A stretch of 64,000 bases of DNA from Candidatus Gemmiger avistercoris. Lineage in GTDB: Bacteria > Bacillota > Clostridia > Oscillospirales > Ruminococcaceae. The notes below the pieces were generated by a model. That model was not told where the DNA came from and did not search any database. It was given only the letters and a program-made list of their open reading frames with translations. How positions within the stretch are numbered: the stretch's first letter is position 1; every line of letters begins with the position of its first letter. Shown here in pieces: positions 26,654 to 36,510 of the stretch. The position numbers were made by a program, and so were the translations under genes. The DNA lies in assembly GCA_019116705.1 (NCBI GenBank), contig DXBF01000054.1:93304-157303 (forward strand), given 5' to 3'.

Positions 26654-28555
26654 TTAACTCATCAGGCCGCAGACGAGCTGCGCATAGGCCACGGGGTCCT
26701 CCAGCGGCAGGCCGGCGATCAGCAGGGCCTGGTCATAGAGCAGTTCCGCATACCGGCCGACTTTTTCCGTGTCCCCGGCTTCATGGGCCGCCTTCAGGGC
26801 TGCGAATACCGGGTGCGCGGGGTTCAGTTCCAGCACTTTGGTGCTTTCCACATCCTCGCCGTTGGGCATCTTGCGCAGGATCTTTTCCATCTCCATCGAG
26901 ATACCGCCCTCGCTGGAGAGTGTGACCGGGTGCTCCTGCAGCGTGGGGTTGACCTTCACGTCTTTGATCTTGCCGTTCAGCGCCTTCTTGATCTCCTCGA
27001 ACAGATCCTTGTTCTCGGTGGCGGTCTCCTCGGCGGCTTTCTTTTCTTCCTCGGTCTCCAGGCCCAGGTCGCCGGAGTTGATGTTCTTGAACTCTTTTTC
27101 CTTATAGTCCCGCATCATCTGCAGGCAGAATTCATCGACATCTTCGGTGCACAGCAGCAGATCATACCCTTTGCTCAGTACCAGCTGGGCGTTGGGCAGT
27201 TTGCCGAGGCGGTCCGTATCATCGCCGGCGGCGTAGTAAATGCACTTCTGGCCTTCGGGCATCTTCTCGATGTATTCGTCCAGTGTGACGTATTTCTGTT
27301 CCTTGGCCGAGAAGAACAGCAGCAGGTCGGCCAGCAGGTCCTTGTGCATACCGTAGTCGCCATAGATGCCGAACTTGATCTGGCGGCCGAACGCTTTCCA
27401 GAAGGTCTCGTACTTTTCACGGTCGTTGACCAGCATCGCGTGCAGCTCGTTCTTGATCTTCTTTTCCAGGCTGTTGCGCATCAGGCGCAGCTGGCTGTCT
27501 TTCTGCAGAGTCTCGCGGCTGATGTTCAGGCTCAGGTCTTCGCTGTCCACCACGCCTTTGACAAAGCTGAAGTAGTCCGGCAGCAGGTCGGCGCATTTCT
27601 CCATGATCATAACGCCGGAAGCGTACAGCGCCAGACCTTTCTCATACTCTTTGGTATAATAGTCGTAGGGCGTGCGGCCGGGGATAAAGAGCAGCGCCGT
27701 GTAGGTGGCCGTACCCTCGGTGCGGCTGGTGATGACCCGCAGCGGGTCGGAATAGTCCATGAACTTGCTCTTGTAGAACTCGTTGTAGTCCTCTTCCTTG
27801 ACTTCGCTCTTGTTCCTCTTCCAGATGGGGACCATGCTGTTCAGGGTCTCCAACTCGGTGTAGGTCTCATACTCAGGCTTGTAATCGTCGCCCGCATCCT
27901 CCGGCTTGGGCTTCTGGCGGGACTTTTCGCGGTACATCGTGATGGGGAAGCGGATATAGTCGCTGTATTTCTTCACCAGGCCCGCCAGCGTGTACTCGTC
28001 CAGGTACTCGCTGTAATTCTCGTTGTCGGTATCCTCTTTGAGCACCAGGATCACGTCGGTACCCACTTCGTCCCGCTCGGTCTCGGTCAGGGTGTAGCCT
28101 TCCACGCCCTTGGACTCCCACTTCCAGGCCGTATCTTCCCCTTGCGCGCGGGAGATGACGGTGACTTTGCCCGCCACCATAAAGGCGGAATAGAAGCCCA
28201 CGCCGAACTGACCGATGATGTCGATGTTGTCGCTCTGGTTCTCGGTCTTGAAATCCAGCGAGCCGGAACGCGCGATGGTGCCGAGGTTCTTTTCCAGTTC
28301 CTCTTTCGTCATGCCGACGCCGTTGTCGCTGATGGTCAGCGTGCGGTTCTCTTTATCCGGCTGGATATGGATGTGCAGATCATCCTTCGTGATGCCGATG
28401 GAAGTATCCGTCAGGCTCTTGAAATAACGCTTGTCGCAGGCGTCCGACGCGTTGGAGATCAGTTCCCGCAGGAAGATCTCCCGGTTGGTATAGATCGAGT
28501 TGATCATCAGGTCGAGCAGCTTTTTGCTCTCCGCCTTGAATTGACGCATTGCCAT
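26654..28555 (-). CDS. htpG: Hsp90 chaperone
   Basis: FLRELISNASDA, DNGVGM, IGQFGVGFYS, LNISRETLQ. Confidence 0.98.
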   Translation of the reverse strand: MAMRQFKAESKKLLDLMINSIYTNREIFLRELISNASDACDKRYFKSLTDTSIGITKDDLHIHIQPDKENRTLTISDNGVGMTKEELEKNLGTIARSGSLDFKTENQSDNIDIIGQFGVGFYSAFMVAGKVTVISRAQGEDTAWKWESKGVEGYTLTETERDEVGTDVILVLKEDTDNENYSEYLDEYTLAGLVKKYSDYIRFPITMYREKSRQKPKPEDAGDDYKPEYETYTELETLNSMVPIWKRNKSEVKEEDYNEFYKSKFMDYSDPLRVITSRTEGTATYTALLFIPGRTPYDYYTKEYEKGLALYASGVMIMEKCADLLPDYFSFVKGVVDSEDLSLNISRETLQKDSQLRLMRNSLEKKIKNELHAMLVNDREKYETFWKAFGRQIKFGIYGDYGMHKDLLADLLLFFSAKEQKYVTLDEYIEKMPEGQKCIYYAAGDDTDRLGKLPNAQLVLSKGYDLLLCTEDVDEFCLQMMRDYKEKEFKNINSGDLGLETEEEKKAAEETATENKDLFEEIKKALNGKIKDVKVNPTLQEHPVTLSSEGGISMEMEKILRKMPNGEDVESTKVLELNPAHPVFAALKAAHEAGDTEKVGRYAELLYDQALLIAGLPLEDPVAYAQLVCGLMS

Positions 28556-28583
28556 ACAATCATGACCTCGCTTTGATTTTGTA

Positions 28584-28644
28584 TTAGCACTCTGTTATTT
28601 AAACTGCTAAGTGTAGTTTAGCACTCTTTCCGGCAAAGTGCAAG
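28584..28644 (-). promoter_or_regulatory. Two tandem CIRCE (HrcA) operators overlapping the htpG promoter
   Basis: TTAGCACTC-N9-AACTGCTAA (28584-28610) and TTAGCACTC-N9-AAGTGCAAG (28618-28644); TTGCAC-17-TAAACT on minus strand. Confidence 0.85.
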
Positions 28645-28770
28645 CCCCCGTTCCCTTTTTAACAAAAATTTTAAAAAGAAACCGGCAGATGCAAATTGTC
28701 CCTTTTCAAATCGGGCAAATTGCGGTATGCTGGTACAGAGATGCGAAGTAGAGAAGGAGGTCGTCCATCC

Positions 28771-29262
28771 ATGTCTGTATATGGAGACAGAGCCTATGAA
28801 GCTTTTTTTAAAGGATACAACTGCAGCCAGTGCGTGGTGGTGGCGTTTGCCGCCGAGATGGGCCTGACGGAAGAACAGGCGCTGAAGATGGCGTCCGGGT
28901 TCGGCGGCGGGTTCGGCCGCATGCGGGAAGTATGCGGCGCGTTTTCGGGTATCACGCTGGTGTTCGGCGCGCTGTACGGCAACACCGACCCTGCCCTGAA
29001 GACCCAGGTCTACACCCAGGTGCAGGCCCTGGCGGAAACCTACCGCACACGCAACGGCGGTCACAGCCTGATCTGCCGCGAACTGCTGGGGCTCAGCCAG
29101 GGCCCTTCCAGCCCGGTGGCCAGCCCGCGCACGGCGGAGTATTACAAAAAGCGCCCCTGCCCCGAACTGGTGCGGCTGGCTGCCGACATTCTGGCGGAAT
29201 ATATAGAGCAGCATCCGCTGCCCGCCCGGACCGGCAAGGAGGCGGACCATGCAGCTGTATGA
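28771..29262 (+). CDS. C-GCAxxG-C-C family putative redox protein
   Basis: GYNCSQ, GFGGG, CGAFSG, CRELLG, C-terminal Cys; AAGGAGG RBS. Confidence 0.88.
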   Translation: MSVYGDRAYEAFFKGYNCSQCVVVAFAAEMGLTEEQALKMASGFGGGFGRMREVCGAFSGITLVFGALYGNTDPALKTQVYTQVQALAETYRTRNGGHSLICRELLGLSQGPSSPVASPRTAEYYKKRPCPELVRLAADILAEYIEQHPLPARTGKEADHAAV

Positions 29263-30070
29263 ACACACCCTGCCCGGCGGCGCCTGGCTGCGGGGCTGGG
29301 TGCGGGACGCCAGCGAAGCCATGCCCGATTATAACGTCCGCCCGGCGGTGCTCGTCCTGCCCGGCGGCGGTTACGCCCGCTGCAGCGACCGGGAATCCGA
29401 CCCGGTGGGCGCCCAGTTCCTGGCCGCGGGCTACCAGGTGTTCCTGCTGGATTATACGGTGGCGGACGCCCCCGGCAAAGCCCCGCTGCGCTACGCCCCG
29501 CTGACAGACGCTGCCCGGGCGGTGCTGCACCTGCGCCGCCATGCGGATGAACTGCGGCTGGACCCTGGGCGGATCGCCGTCTGCGGTTTTTCGGCGGGCG
29601 GGCATCTGGCCGCCTGCACGGCGCTGATCGCTGCGGACGTAGAGGGCGAACTGGGCCTGCGGGGCACGGAGCGGGTCCTGGACGCTCAGCCCAACGCCGT
29701 GATCCTGAGTTACCCCGTCGTCACCACCGGCCCGCTGACCCATCCGGGTTCGGCAGCGAACCTGGCTGGGGAGGACAAAGCGCTGCGCGCCCGCTTCAGC
29801 CTGGAAAACCAGGTGACCGGCGCGCCCGGGGCCCCGCCGTTTTTTATCTGGCATACGGTAGCCGATGGTTCCGTCCCGGTGGAGAACAGCCTGATGCTGG
29901 CCCAGGCCCTGCAAAAACAGGGTATTTCCTACGAACTGCACCTATTCCCCACCGGCGGCCACGGCGGCAGCCTGTGTACGAACGAGGTGGGCAAGCCCAG
30001 CGCACGCAACCGGGCCTGGATGCCGCTGGCGCTGAGCTGGCTGGCCGACGTGTTTGACTATCATTTGTAA
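29249..30070 (+). CDS. Alpha/beta hydrolase (esterase)
   Basis: PGGGY, GFSAGGHLA nucleophile elbow, DGSVP, GGHG. Confidence 0.9.
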   Translation: MQLYEHTLPGGAWLRGWVRDASEAMPDYNVRPAVLVLPGGGYARCSDRESDPVGAQFLAAGYQVFLLDYTVADAPGKAPLRYAPLTDAARAVLHLRRHADELRLDPGRIAVCGFSAGGHLAACTALIAADVEGELGLRGTERVLDAQPNAVILSYPVVTTGPLTHPGSAANLAGEDKALRARFSLENQVTGAPGAPPFFIWHTVADGSVPVENSLMLAQALQKQGISYELHLFPTGGHGGSLCTNEVGKPSARNRAWMPLALSWLADVFDYHL

Positions 30071-30085
30071 AGGGGAGATTTTCCT

Positions 30086-31072
30086 GTGAAGATCCTGTTT
30101 TATACCTTTCGTCCCTTTGACGAACTGCAATACTGCGACCCCAACAGCCGGAAGTACGGTATTGACTACGCCTGGACGGCGGAAGCGCCGAACCCCGGCA
30201 ATTTGAAACTGGCGGAGGGCTGTGTCGCCGTCAGTACGAACCCCTGCGAGATCCGCCCGGAATATCTGGAAGCCTTTGCCCGGATGGGCGTGAAATACCT
30301 GCCCTGCCGCAGCATCGGGTACGACCACATCCCGCTGGACGCCGCCAAACGGCTGGGCCTGCGGGTCAGCCACAGCCACTACCCGCCGGAGGGCGTGGCC
30401 AACTACACCATCATGCTGATGCTGATGGTCACCCGCAAGATGAACCAGATCATGCTGCGCGCGGCGGCACAGGATTACTCCCTGCCCGGTAAAATGGGCC
30501 GGGACCTTTCCGACTGCACGGTGGGCGTGATCGGCACAGGCAAGATCGGCCGCACGGTGATCCGGCACCTGTCCGGGTTCGGCTGCAAGATCCTGGCCTA
30601 CGACCTGTATCCCGCTGACGAGGTACGCGCCCTGGCCGAATACGTCCCGCTGGAGGAACTGTACGCCCGCAGCGACGTTATCACCCTGCACCTGAACGCC
30701 ACGCCCGAAAACCGCCACCTGATCGACGCCGCGGCCATCGCCCAAATGAAGGACGGCGCGCTGCTCATCAACACCGCCCGGGGCACGCTGATCGACCCCG
30801 ACGCGCTGATCGAAGGGCTGGAAAGCGGCAAGCTGGGCGGCGCCGGGCTGGACGTGGTGGAGGATGAAAACGGCCTTTGCTACTACAACCGCTGCGGCGA
30901 AGCGCTGGCCAACCGGGAACTGAACCTGCTGCGCAGTTTTCCCAACGTGATCGTCAGCCCGCACACCGCTTTTTATACCGATGTGAACGTCGCCAGCATG
31001 GTGCAAAGCGCCTTTGAGGCCACCGCCGCCTTTGCCGCCGGCGAAGATTGCCCCTGCGAGGTCCGTCTGTGA
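30086..31072 (+). CDS. D-2-hydroxyacid dehydrogenase (D-LDH/VanH-like)
   Basis: GYDHI, GTGKIG, INTARG, LDVVEDE, SPHTAFYT. Confidence 0.92.
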   Translation: MKILFYTFRPFDELQYCDPNSRKYGIDYAWTAEAPNPGNLKLAEGCVAVSTNPCEIRPEYLEAFARMGVKYLPCRSIGYDHIPLDAAKRLGLRVSHSHYPPEGVANYTIMLMLMVTRKMNQIMLRAAAQDYSLPGKMGRDLSDCTVGVIGTGKIGRTVIRHLSGFGCKILAYDLYPADEVRALAEYVPLEELYARSDVITLHLNATPENRHLIDAAAIAQMKDGALLINTARGTLIDPDALIEGLESGKLGGAGLDVVEDENGLCYYNRCGEALANRELNLLRSFPNVIVSPHTAFYTDVNVASMVQSAFEATAAFAAGEDCPCEVRL

Positions 31073-31743
31073 CCGTGGAGCCCGGGCGCTGCGGTGAAGC
31101 TCTGTCGCTGGGCCCCGCGCTGGCGGCGGGAGACGAGTTTCCCTTCGTGTGCGCGGGTTGCGGCGGCTGCTGCCGCAAGCGCCGGGACCTGGTGTTGTCG
31201 GGGTACGATTTGTACCGCATCGCACGGCGGCTGTATCTGCCGCCCCGCGTTGTGGCGCAGGCATTCTGCAAAAGCTACATCGCGCCGCAGAGTTGCCTGC
31301 CCGCCCTGCGCCTGACCCCCAGCCCCGAGACCGGCGACTGCCGCTTTCTGGAAGGCGGGGCCTGTGTGATCCACGAGGCGCGTCCGCTGGCCTGCGCGCT
31401 GTACCCGCTGGGCCAGTGCATCGACCCGGACACCGGCGCCGTGGCCTACCACGCCCAGCTGCCCCTGTGCGGCCTGCGGCGGGAGGGGCGTACGCTGCGG
31501 CAGTATCTGGCGGACGCAGCGCTGGATGAGCGCGCCGGGACCGACACCCGCTGGGCGGTGGTCTGCACCCGGCTTTCCCGCCGCTTGCAGGATGCGGGCG
31601 GGCCGGCCCACCCGCATTTTTCCGCCGCCGTACACCGTATCGCCCGCGCCCTCTACTGGGACTATTCCCTGGGCGATGAATTTTACCCCCAGTTCCAGCG
31701 GAACGTGGAGATCCTGCTCCCGCTGTTGGAGCGCATCCTGTAA
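31069..31743 (+). CDS. YkgJ/CxxCxxCC family protein
   Basis: CAGCGGCC, CRFL, CVIHEARPLACALYP; GTGA overlap with upstream gene. Confidence 0.87.
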   Translation: MTVEPGRCGEALSLGPALAAGDEFPFVCAGCGGCCRKRRDLVLSGYDLYRIARRLYLPPRVVAQAFCKSYIAPQSCLPALRLTPSPETGDCRFLEGGACVIHEARPLACALYPLGQCIDPDTGAVAYHAQLPLCGLRREGRTLRQYLADAALDERAGTDTRWAVVCTRLSRRLQDAGGPAHPHFSAAVHRIARALYWDYSLGDEFYPQFQRNVEILLPLLERIL

Positions 31744-31788
31744 CAAAAGGCATCCCGCCTGTTTTTACACAGGCGGGATGCCTTTTGT
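31743..31788. terminator. Bidirectional intrinsic terminator
   Basis: ACAAAAGGCATCCCGCCTGT...ACAGGCGGGATGCCTTTTGT between convergent genes. Confidence 0.8.
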
Positions 31789-33159
31789 TTACGTTTTCTG
31801 CCCCGGCAGATAAAGCTGTACCCGGCAGCCGTGGGGCTGGTTCTGCCAAAAGGAAGCCTGCCCTCCGTGGGCTTGCAAGATCTGCTCCACCACATGCAGG
31901 CCAAGGATATGGGGCGTATGTTCCGACGGCTCCCCTTGCAGGGCCGCCAAAACGGCGGGCGGATAGCCCCTCCCGTCGTCCTTCAGCGTGATGCTGAGGC
32001 CCCCGTCCTCCACCTGTGCTTCGATCCAGCAGCGGACCGGGGCGGCGTTATGGCGCACGCTGTTGCCCAGCACGTTGTCCAGCGCCCGCCCCAGCAGGGC
32101 GCGGTCCACGCTGAGGGGGAAATTTTCCGCTTGGGGGGAAAGTTCCAATTCCACCGCGCAGCCCTGCGCCAGCGGCCCGTTGCAGAAATCCGCCACCAGC
32201 CCCCGCAGCAGCGGCCCGGCCTGACAGGCTTCCCGCCGCAGCGGCTGCGCACCGTATTGCAGCTTGCTGGTCAGGTTCAGATCTTCTACCAGCGCACGGA
32301 TCTTCTCGCTCTGATCCCGGATGCCCGCCGCCTTGCGGCGCGCCGCTTCCGGCACAGCGCGATCGTTTTGCAGCTGCTCCGCCCAGCCCAGGATCAGCGA
32401 GAGCGGCGTGCGGATGTCGTGGCTGACACCCGCGATCCAGTTGGTGCGCGCTTCATCCCGGCGCCGGATGATCTCATTGCGGCGGCGCAGCTGTTCGCTG
32501 GTCTGGTTGAGCCGCCGGGCCAGTTCCCCGGTGAAATCCCGGGTCGGCAGTTCCACCGTACCGCCGCCCGCCAGCACGTCCAGGCCATTGGCCACCACTT
32601 GCAGCGAACGGGTGCTGCGCCAGCTGACCAGCAGGCAGCCCGCCAGGATCAGCACCAGCACTGCCGCCAGAATGAGGCCGGAATTTTTGAAGATCCCGGT
32701 AAGCAGGTCGGGGGCGCTCCAGAAATTGTACCGTGCAATGCTGTCTTTCGGCATGCCGAGCACCAGCATCCCGTAGTCGCGGATCTGACAGAATACCGGG
32801 TAGTCTTCCAGATACCAGCGGGTGAAGGAGGCCACCTCGGTGACGGTATAAGGATGGTCCAGCGCCGCAGGCAGGTCGTGACGCCAGAGGATCTGTCCCT
32901 CCTCGTCCAGCACCATAGCCCAGACATAGCCGTCCAGCCAGACTTCCGCCGGCTGGGTATCGAACACGAACGTTCCCTGTGCGTCACAGTGCAGGTGGTC
33001 GGCGATCTGTGAACTGGAATAGCGGAAAGAATCCGCCCGCATCGTCCCGTAATAGTACCCGAGCCCGATCAGCGCTGCCACCCCCAGGGCCATCAGCAGC
33101 AGGATGATGGCGGCCGTCGCCAGCACATAGCGCCGTACCACGCGGGCAAAGGTCTTCAT
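31789..33159 (-). CDS. Sensor histidine kinase (LanK-like context)
   Basis: Two TM helices, SHDIRTPL, NSVRHN, DDGRG, degenerate G2 (HILGL). Confidence 0.92.
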   Translation of the reverse strand: MKTFARVVRRYVLATAAIILLLMALGVAALIGLGYYYGTMRADSFRYSSSQIADHLHCDAQGTFVFDTQPAEVWLDGYVWAMVLDEEGQILWRHDLPAALDHPYTVTEVASFTRWYLEDYPVFCQIRDYGMLVLGMPKDSIARYNFWSAPDLLTGIFKNSGLILAAVLVLILAGCLLVSWRSTRSLQVVANGLDVLAGGGTVELPTRDFTGELARRLNQTSEQLRRRNEIIRRRDEARTNWIAGVSHDIRTPLSLILGWAEQLQNDRAVPEAARRKAAGIRDQSEKIRALVEDLNLTSKLQYGAQPLRREACQAGPLLRGLVADFCNGPLAQGCAVELELSPQAENFPLSVDRALLGRALDNVLGNSVRHNAAPVRCWIEAQVEDGGLSITLKDDGRGYPPAVLAALQGEPSEHTPHILGLHVVEQILQAHGGQASFWQNQPHGCRVQLYLPGQKT

Positions 33160-33872
33160 CGTGCATCCTCCCCGGCCAGTTTATAGCCGATGCCCCGCAC
33201 CGTCAGCAGCCAGCGGGGCTTGCTGGCGTTCTCCTCGATCTTCTCCCGCAGATGGCGGATATGCACGGTCAGGCTGTTCTCGTATCCATAGTAGTCCTGT
33301 CCCCAGACCGCCTCACACAGCGCGTCATAGGTCAAAATATGGCCGCGGTTCTCGGCCAGCTTTTGCAGCAGCGTGCGCTCGGTGGCCGTCAACGGCAGCG
33401 TGCCGCCGCCGGGCAGACGCACAAGGGCATCCTCCAGTTCCACCGTGCGTTCCCCCAGCCGCAGCGCCGGGGCGCTGCGCTGCAAGGCCGCGCGGTAGGT
33501 GCGCTGCAGCAGGTTCTGGATGCGCAGCAACAGTTCCTGCATCAAAAAAGGTTTGGTCAGGTAATCGTCCGCCCCCAGGCCCAGCCCGAACAGCCGGTCG
33601 GCGTCGGCGTCGCGGGCCGAGAGGAACAGCGCCGGGACGTCCGCCTGCGCCCGCAGCCGGCGGAACAGAGCAAAGCCGTCCCCGTCGGGCAGGTTGATGT
33701 CCAGCACCATCAGGTCGGGGCGGGATGCCGCAAAGGCCGCCCGGGCCGCCGCGCAGTTCCCGGCCGCCATCAGGTTCTGGTAGCCCGCCGCATGCAGGTG
33801 CTGCTGCAGCAGTTCCAGCAGTTCCGGCGTATCGTCCACCAGCAGGATTTTGGCGTCATAGATCGTCTGCAT
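33156..33872 (-). CDS. OmpR family response regulator
   Basis: LLVDD, LDINLPDGDG, DDYLTKPF, TVRGIGY. Confidence 0.94.
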   Translation of the reverse strand: MQTIYDAKILLVDDTPELLELLQQHLHAAGYQNLMAAGNCAAARAAFAASRPDLMVLDINLPDGDGFALFRRLRAQADVPALFLSARDADADRLFGLGLGADDYLTKPFLMQELLLRIQNLLQRTYRAALQRSAPALRLGERTVELEDALVRLPGGGTLPLTATERTLLQKLAENRGHILTYDALCEAVWGQDYYGYENSLTVHIRHLREKIEENASKPRWLLTVRGIGYKLAGEDAR

Positions 33873-33935
33873 GGGATCACCTCGGTTCCTATTATATCGT
33901 ATTCCGGGTGGATGTCCACACGGCGGCGGCAAATC

Positions 33936-33973
33936 TTAAGGTAAATTTAAGCGCAGCTTTCTTGGGAATTAAG
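33936..33973. promoter_or_regulatory. TTAAG direct repeats in 11-bp phase; candidate response-regulator operator
   Basis: TTAAG at 33936, 33947 and 33969, upstream of TATGAT -10 (33984) of the ABC operon. Confidence 0.6.
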
Positions 33974-34029
33974 CTGGCCGCTGTATGATAAAGCCGTTCC
34001 CAAAAGAAACGAGCAAAGGAGCGACTAGC

Positions 34030-34944
34030 ATGCAAACTGTGATCGAGACGAAAAGCCTGTGCAAAACCTACGGGCGGCAAAAAGCCGTGGATCACGTGGA
34101 ACTGCACGTACCACAGGGCAGCGTTTACGGGTTTATCGGCCCCAACGGCGCCGGAAAAAGCACCACCATGAAAATGCTGCTGGGGCTGATCCACCCCACC
34201 GAGGGGCAGGTATTCCTGCTGGGGCAGGAGATGACGGAGCGCAACCGCCTTGCCCTGCTGCGCCAGACCGGCAGCCTGATCGAAACGCCTTCCGGGTACC
34301 TGCACCTGACAGGGCAGGAAAACCTGCAGGTGGTGGCAGATCTGAAAGGGGTCCCCCGCCGGGACATTGCCCGCGTGCTGGAGATCGTGGACCTGACCGC
34401 CGACCGCAACCGCAAAGTGGGGCAGTATTCCCTGGGCATGAAACAGCGGCTGGGCATCGCCATGGCGCTGCTGGGCAGCCCCAAACTGCTGATCCTGGAC
34501 GAACCCACCAACGGCCTGGACCCCGCCGGTATACAGGAGATGCGCGACCTGATCGCCAACATGCCCGCCGCCACCGGGGCCACTGTGCTGATCTCCAGCC
34601 ACCTGCTGGGCGAAATGGAACAGATGGTCGGCTTTGTCGGCATTTTGCATCAGGGGCAGCTGCTGTTTGAAGGCTCGCTGCGGGAACTGCAGCGGCACAG
34701 CCGCGGTTCCTTCAGCCTGCGCGTTTTGCAGCCCCAGAAAGCGGCGCCGGTGCTGAAAGGCCGCGGCATCGCACCGCGCCTGGAAAAAGGCGCCCTGACC
34801 CTGCCGCCCTTGCGTGACGAGGAACTGGCCGGACTGGTCCGGGCCGTAGCCGAAAGCGGCGCCGGCGTGGTGGGGCTGACCGCCCACTCCAAGAGCCTGG
34901 AAGAGATCTTCCTGAGTTTGACCCAGACACAGGAGGTGAAGTGA
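34030..34944 (+). CDS. LanF/BcrA-type ABC ATPase
   Basis: GPNGAGKST, YSLGMKQRLG, LDEPTNGLDPAG; E-loop LIETP. Confidence 0.92.
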   Translation: MQTVIETKSLCKTYGRQKAVDHVELHVPQGSVYGFIGPNGAGKSTTMKMLLGLIHPTEGQVFLLGQEMTERNRLALLRQTGSLIETPSGYLHLTGQENLQVVADLKGVPRRDIARVLEIVDLTADRNRKVGQYSLGMKQRLGIAMALLGSPKLLILDEPTNGLDPAGIQEMRDLIANMPAATGATVLISSHLLGEMEQMVGFVGILHQGQLLFEGSLRELQRHSRGSFSLRVLQPQKAAPVLKGRGIAPRLEKGALTLPPLRDEELAGLVRAVAESGAGVVGLTAHSKSLEEIFLSLTQTQEVK

Positions 34945-34945
34945 G

Positions 34946-35698
34946 ATGCCGCGCAGTCTGCACGCCGAATTCCAAAAAGCATGGCGGCGGCACGACCTGC
35001 TGATCTGCCTGCTGCTGCCCGTGATCGTTCTGCTGTGGTCCGGCTACTCCGCCCCCGACGGGGCCGGTTCCACCGTGAACGCATTCAGCGCCCTGTTCTA
35101 CTCCGCCCCCGTAATGAATGCGATCCTGATGCCGGTGGGCATGGCCGTACTGGCCAACCGTCTGTGGGATGTGGAGATAAAGGGGAGTTTTCCCAAGCTG
35201 CTGTACACCCTGCAGAGCCGCGGCAGCCTTTTTGCCGCCAAAGCCGCGCTGGGATTCGGGGAAGTATTCCTGATCGCAGCGCTGGAGACTGCCTGCATCC
35301 TGGCGGTGGGACGGTGGAAGGGCTACACGGAAGTGATCCCGCCGGTGCATATCCTCTACTTTTTTGTCTGCACACTGGCCGTCTGCACGATGCTGTTTTT
35401 TTCGGAACTGCTGCTGTCGGTGCTGCTGACCAACCCGCTGCCCGCTCTCTGCGTGGGCGTTGTGGGCGCCCTGGTGGGCCTGTTTTCCGCTTTCATGCCG
35501 CCCGTTGTCAGCCTGTTCGTCCCCTGGGGGTACTTCATCCCGCTGAGTTCCTTCGTACTGGTAAGCTGGGATGCCGACGCCCGGATCGCTGTTTACGGTA
35601 TGCGGGATTTCCGCTGGCTGTTGCTGTTCTGGGCCATCCTGCTGGCGGCAGGTTTCTTTCTGTTCACCTGGCGCGCCATCCGCCAAAAGGAGGTATGA
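34946..35698 (+). CDS. LanE/G-type ABC permease
   Basis: Six TM helices, N-terminal AEFQK, VPWGY motif. Confidence 0.85.
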   Translation: MPRSLHAEFQKAWRRHDLLICLLLPVIVLLWSGYSAPDGAGSTVNAFSALFYSAPVMNAILMPVGMAVLANRLWDVEIKGSFPKLLYTLQSRGSLFAAKAALGFGEVFLIAALETACILAVGRWKGYTEVIPPVHILYFFVCTLAVCTMLFFSELLLSVLLTNPLPALCVGVVGALVGLFSAFMPPVVSLFVPWGYFIPLSSFVLVSWDADARIAVYGMRDFRWLLLFWAILLAAGFFLFTWRAIRQKEV

Positions 35699-35702
35699 CA
35701 AA

Positions 35703-36437
35703 ATGTTCAAACGCTGTCTGGTGGCGGAAAACCGCAAACTGCACGCTTCCCCCATCTGGATCGTCTTTTTTGTACTGCCGGTCATTTCGGCCATTTATGG
35801 CACCTACAACTACCTGCAGAACCTCGGCATCCTAACCGACCAATGGTACAGCCTGTGGACCCAGCACACCTTGTTCTACGCCCTGTTTTTCTTCCCGGTG
35901 CTGGTAGGGGTCTATGCCGCCTACCTGTGGCGGCTGGAGCATATGGGGCACAACTGGAACCTCATCATGGCGGCGCCGGTACGGCCGCTCTGCCTGTTTC
36001 TTGCCAAATATGTCATCGTCCTCAAACTGGTGCTGCTGACCCAGATGCTGGTCTTTGCACTGTATTTCTTCTGCGGCAAGGCATTCGCGCATTTGCCCGG
36101 CCTGCCGCCGTTGGAGACCTTCCTCTATCTGCTGCGCGGGTTGGTAGGCGGCCAGTGCGTCATCGCGCTGCAGCTGATCCTCTCGATGCTGATCCGCAGC
36201 TTTGCCGTGCCGGTGTTCATCGGTCTGGCAGGCGGCGTGGTCGGCATGCTGACGGCCAGCAAGGGCATCGGGCTGGCATTTCCCTACGCGCTGATGCAGG
36301 TAGGCATGAACTCCAACAAGAGCGAGGACATTCTGGCGGGCAGTTATGGCGGCTTCATTCTGGCCTCGCTGGTGTGGCTGCTGCTTTTTGTAGGGCTCGC
36401 CCAGCTGCTGCTGACCCGGCGGGATGTGCGTTCCTGA
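35703..36437 (+). CDS. LanE/G-type ABC permease
   Basis: AENRKL, WRLEH..HNWN, six TM helices. Confidence 0.85.
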   Translation: MFKRCLVAENRKLHASPIWIVFFVLPVISAIYGTYNYLQNLGILTDQWYSLWTQHTLFYALFFFPVLVGVYAAYLWRLEHMGHNWNLIMAAPVRPLCLFLAKYVIVLKLVLLTQMLVFALYFFCGKAFAHLPGLPPLETFLYLLRGLVGGQCVIALQLILSMLIRSFAVPVFIGLAGGVVGMLTASKGIGLAFPYALMQVGMNSNKSEDILAGSYGGFILASLVWLLLFVGLAQLLLTRRDVRS

Positions 36438-36510
36438 TCCGGCGGGGCATTGCATGATCGGGCGCGGCACGGTATAATAGAGTCACCAAACCCCAAAGGA
36501 GGGCTGCGCC

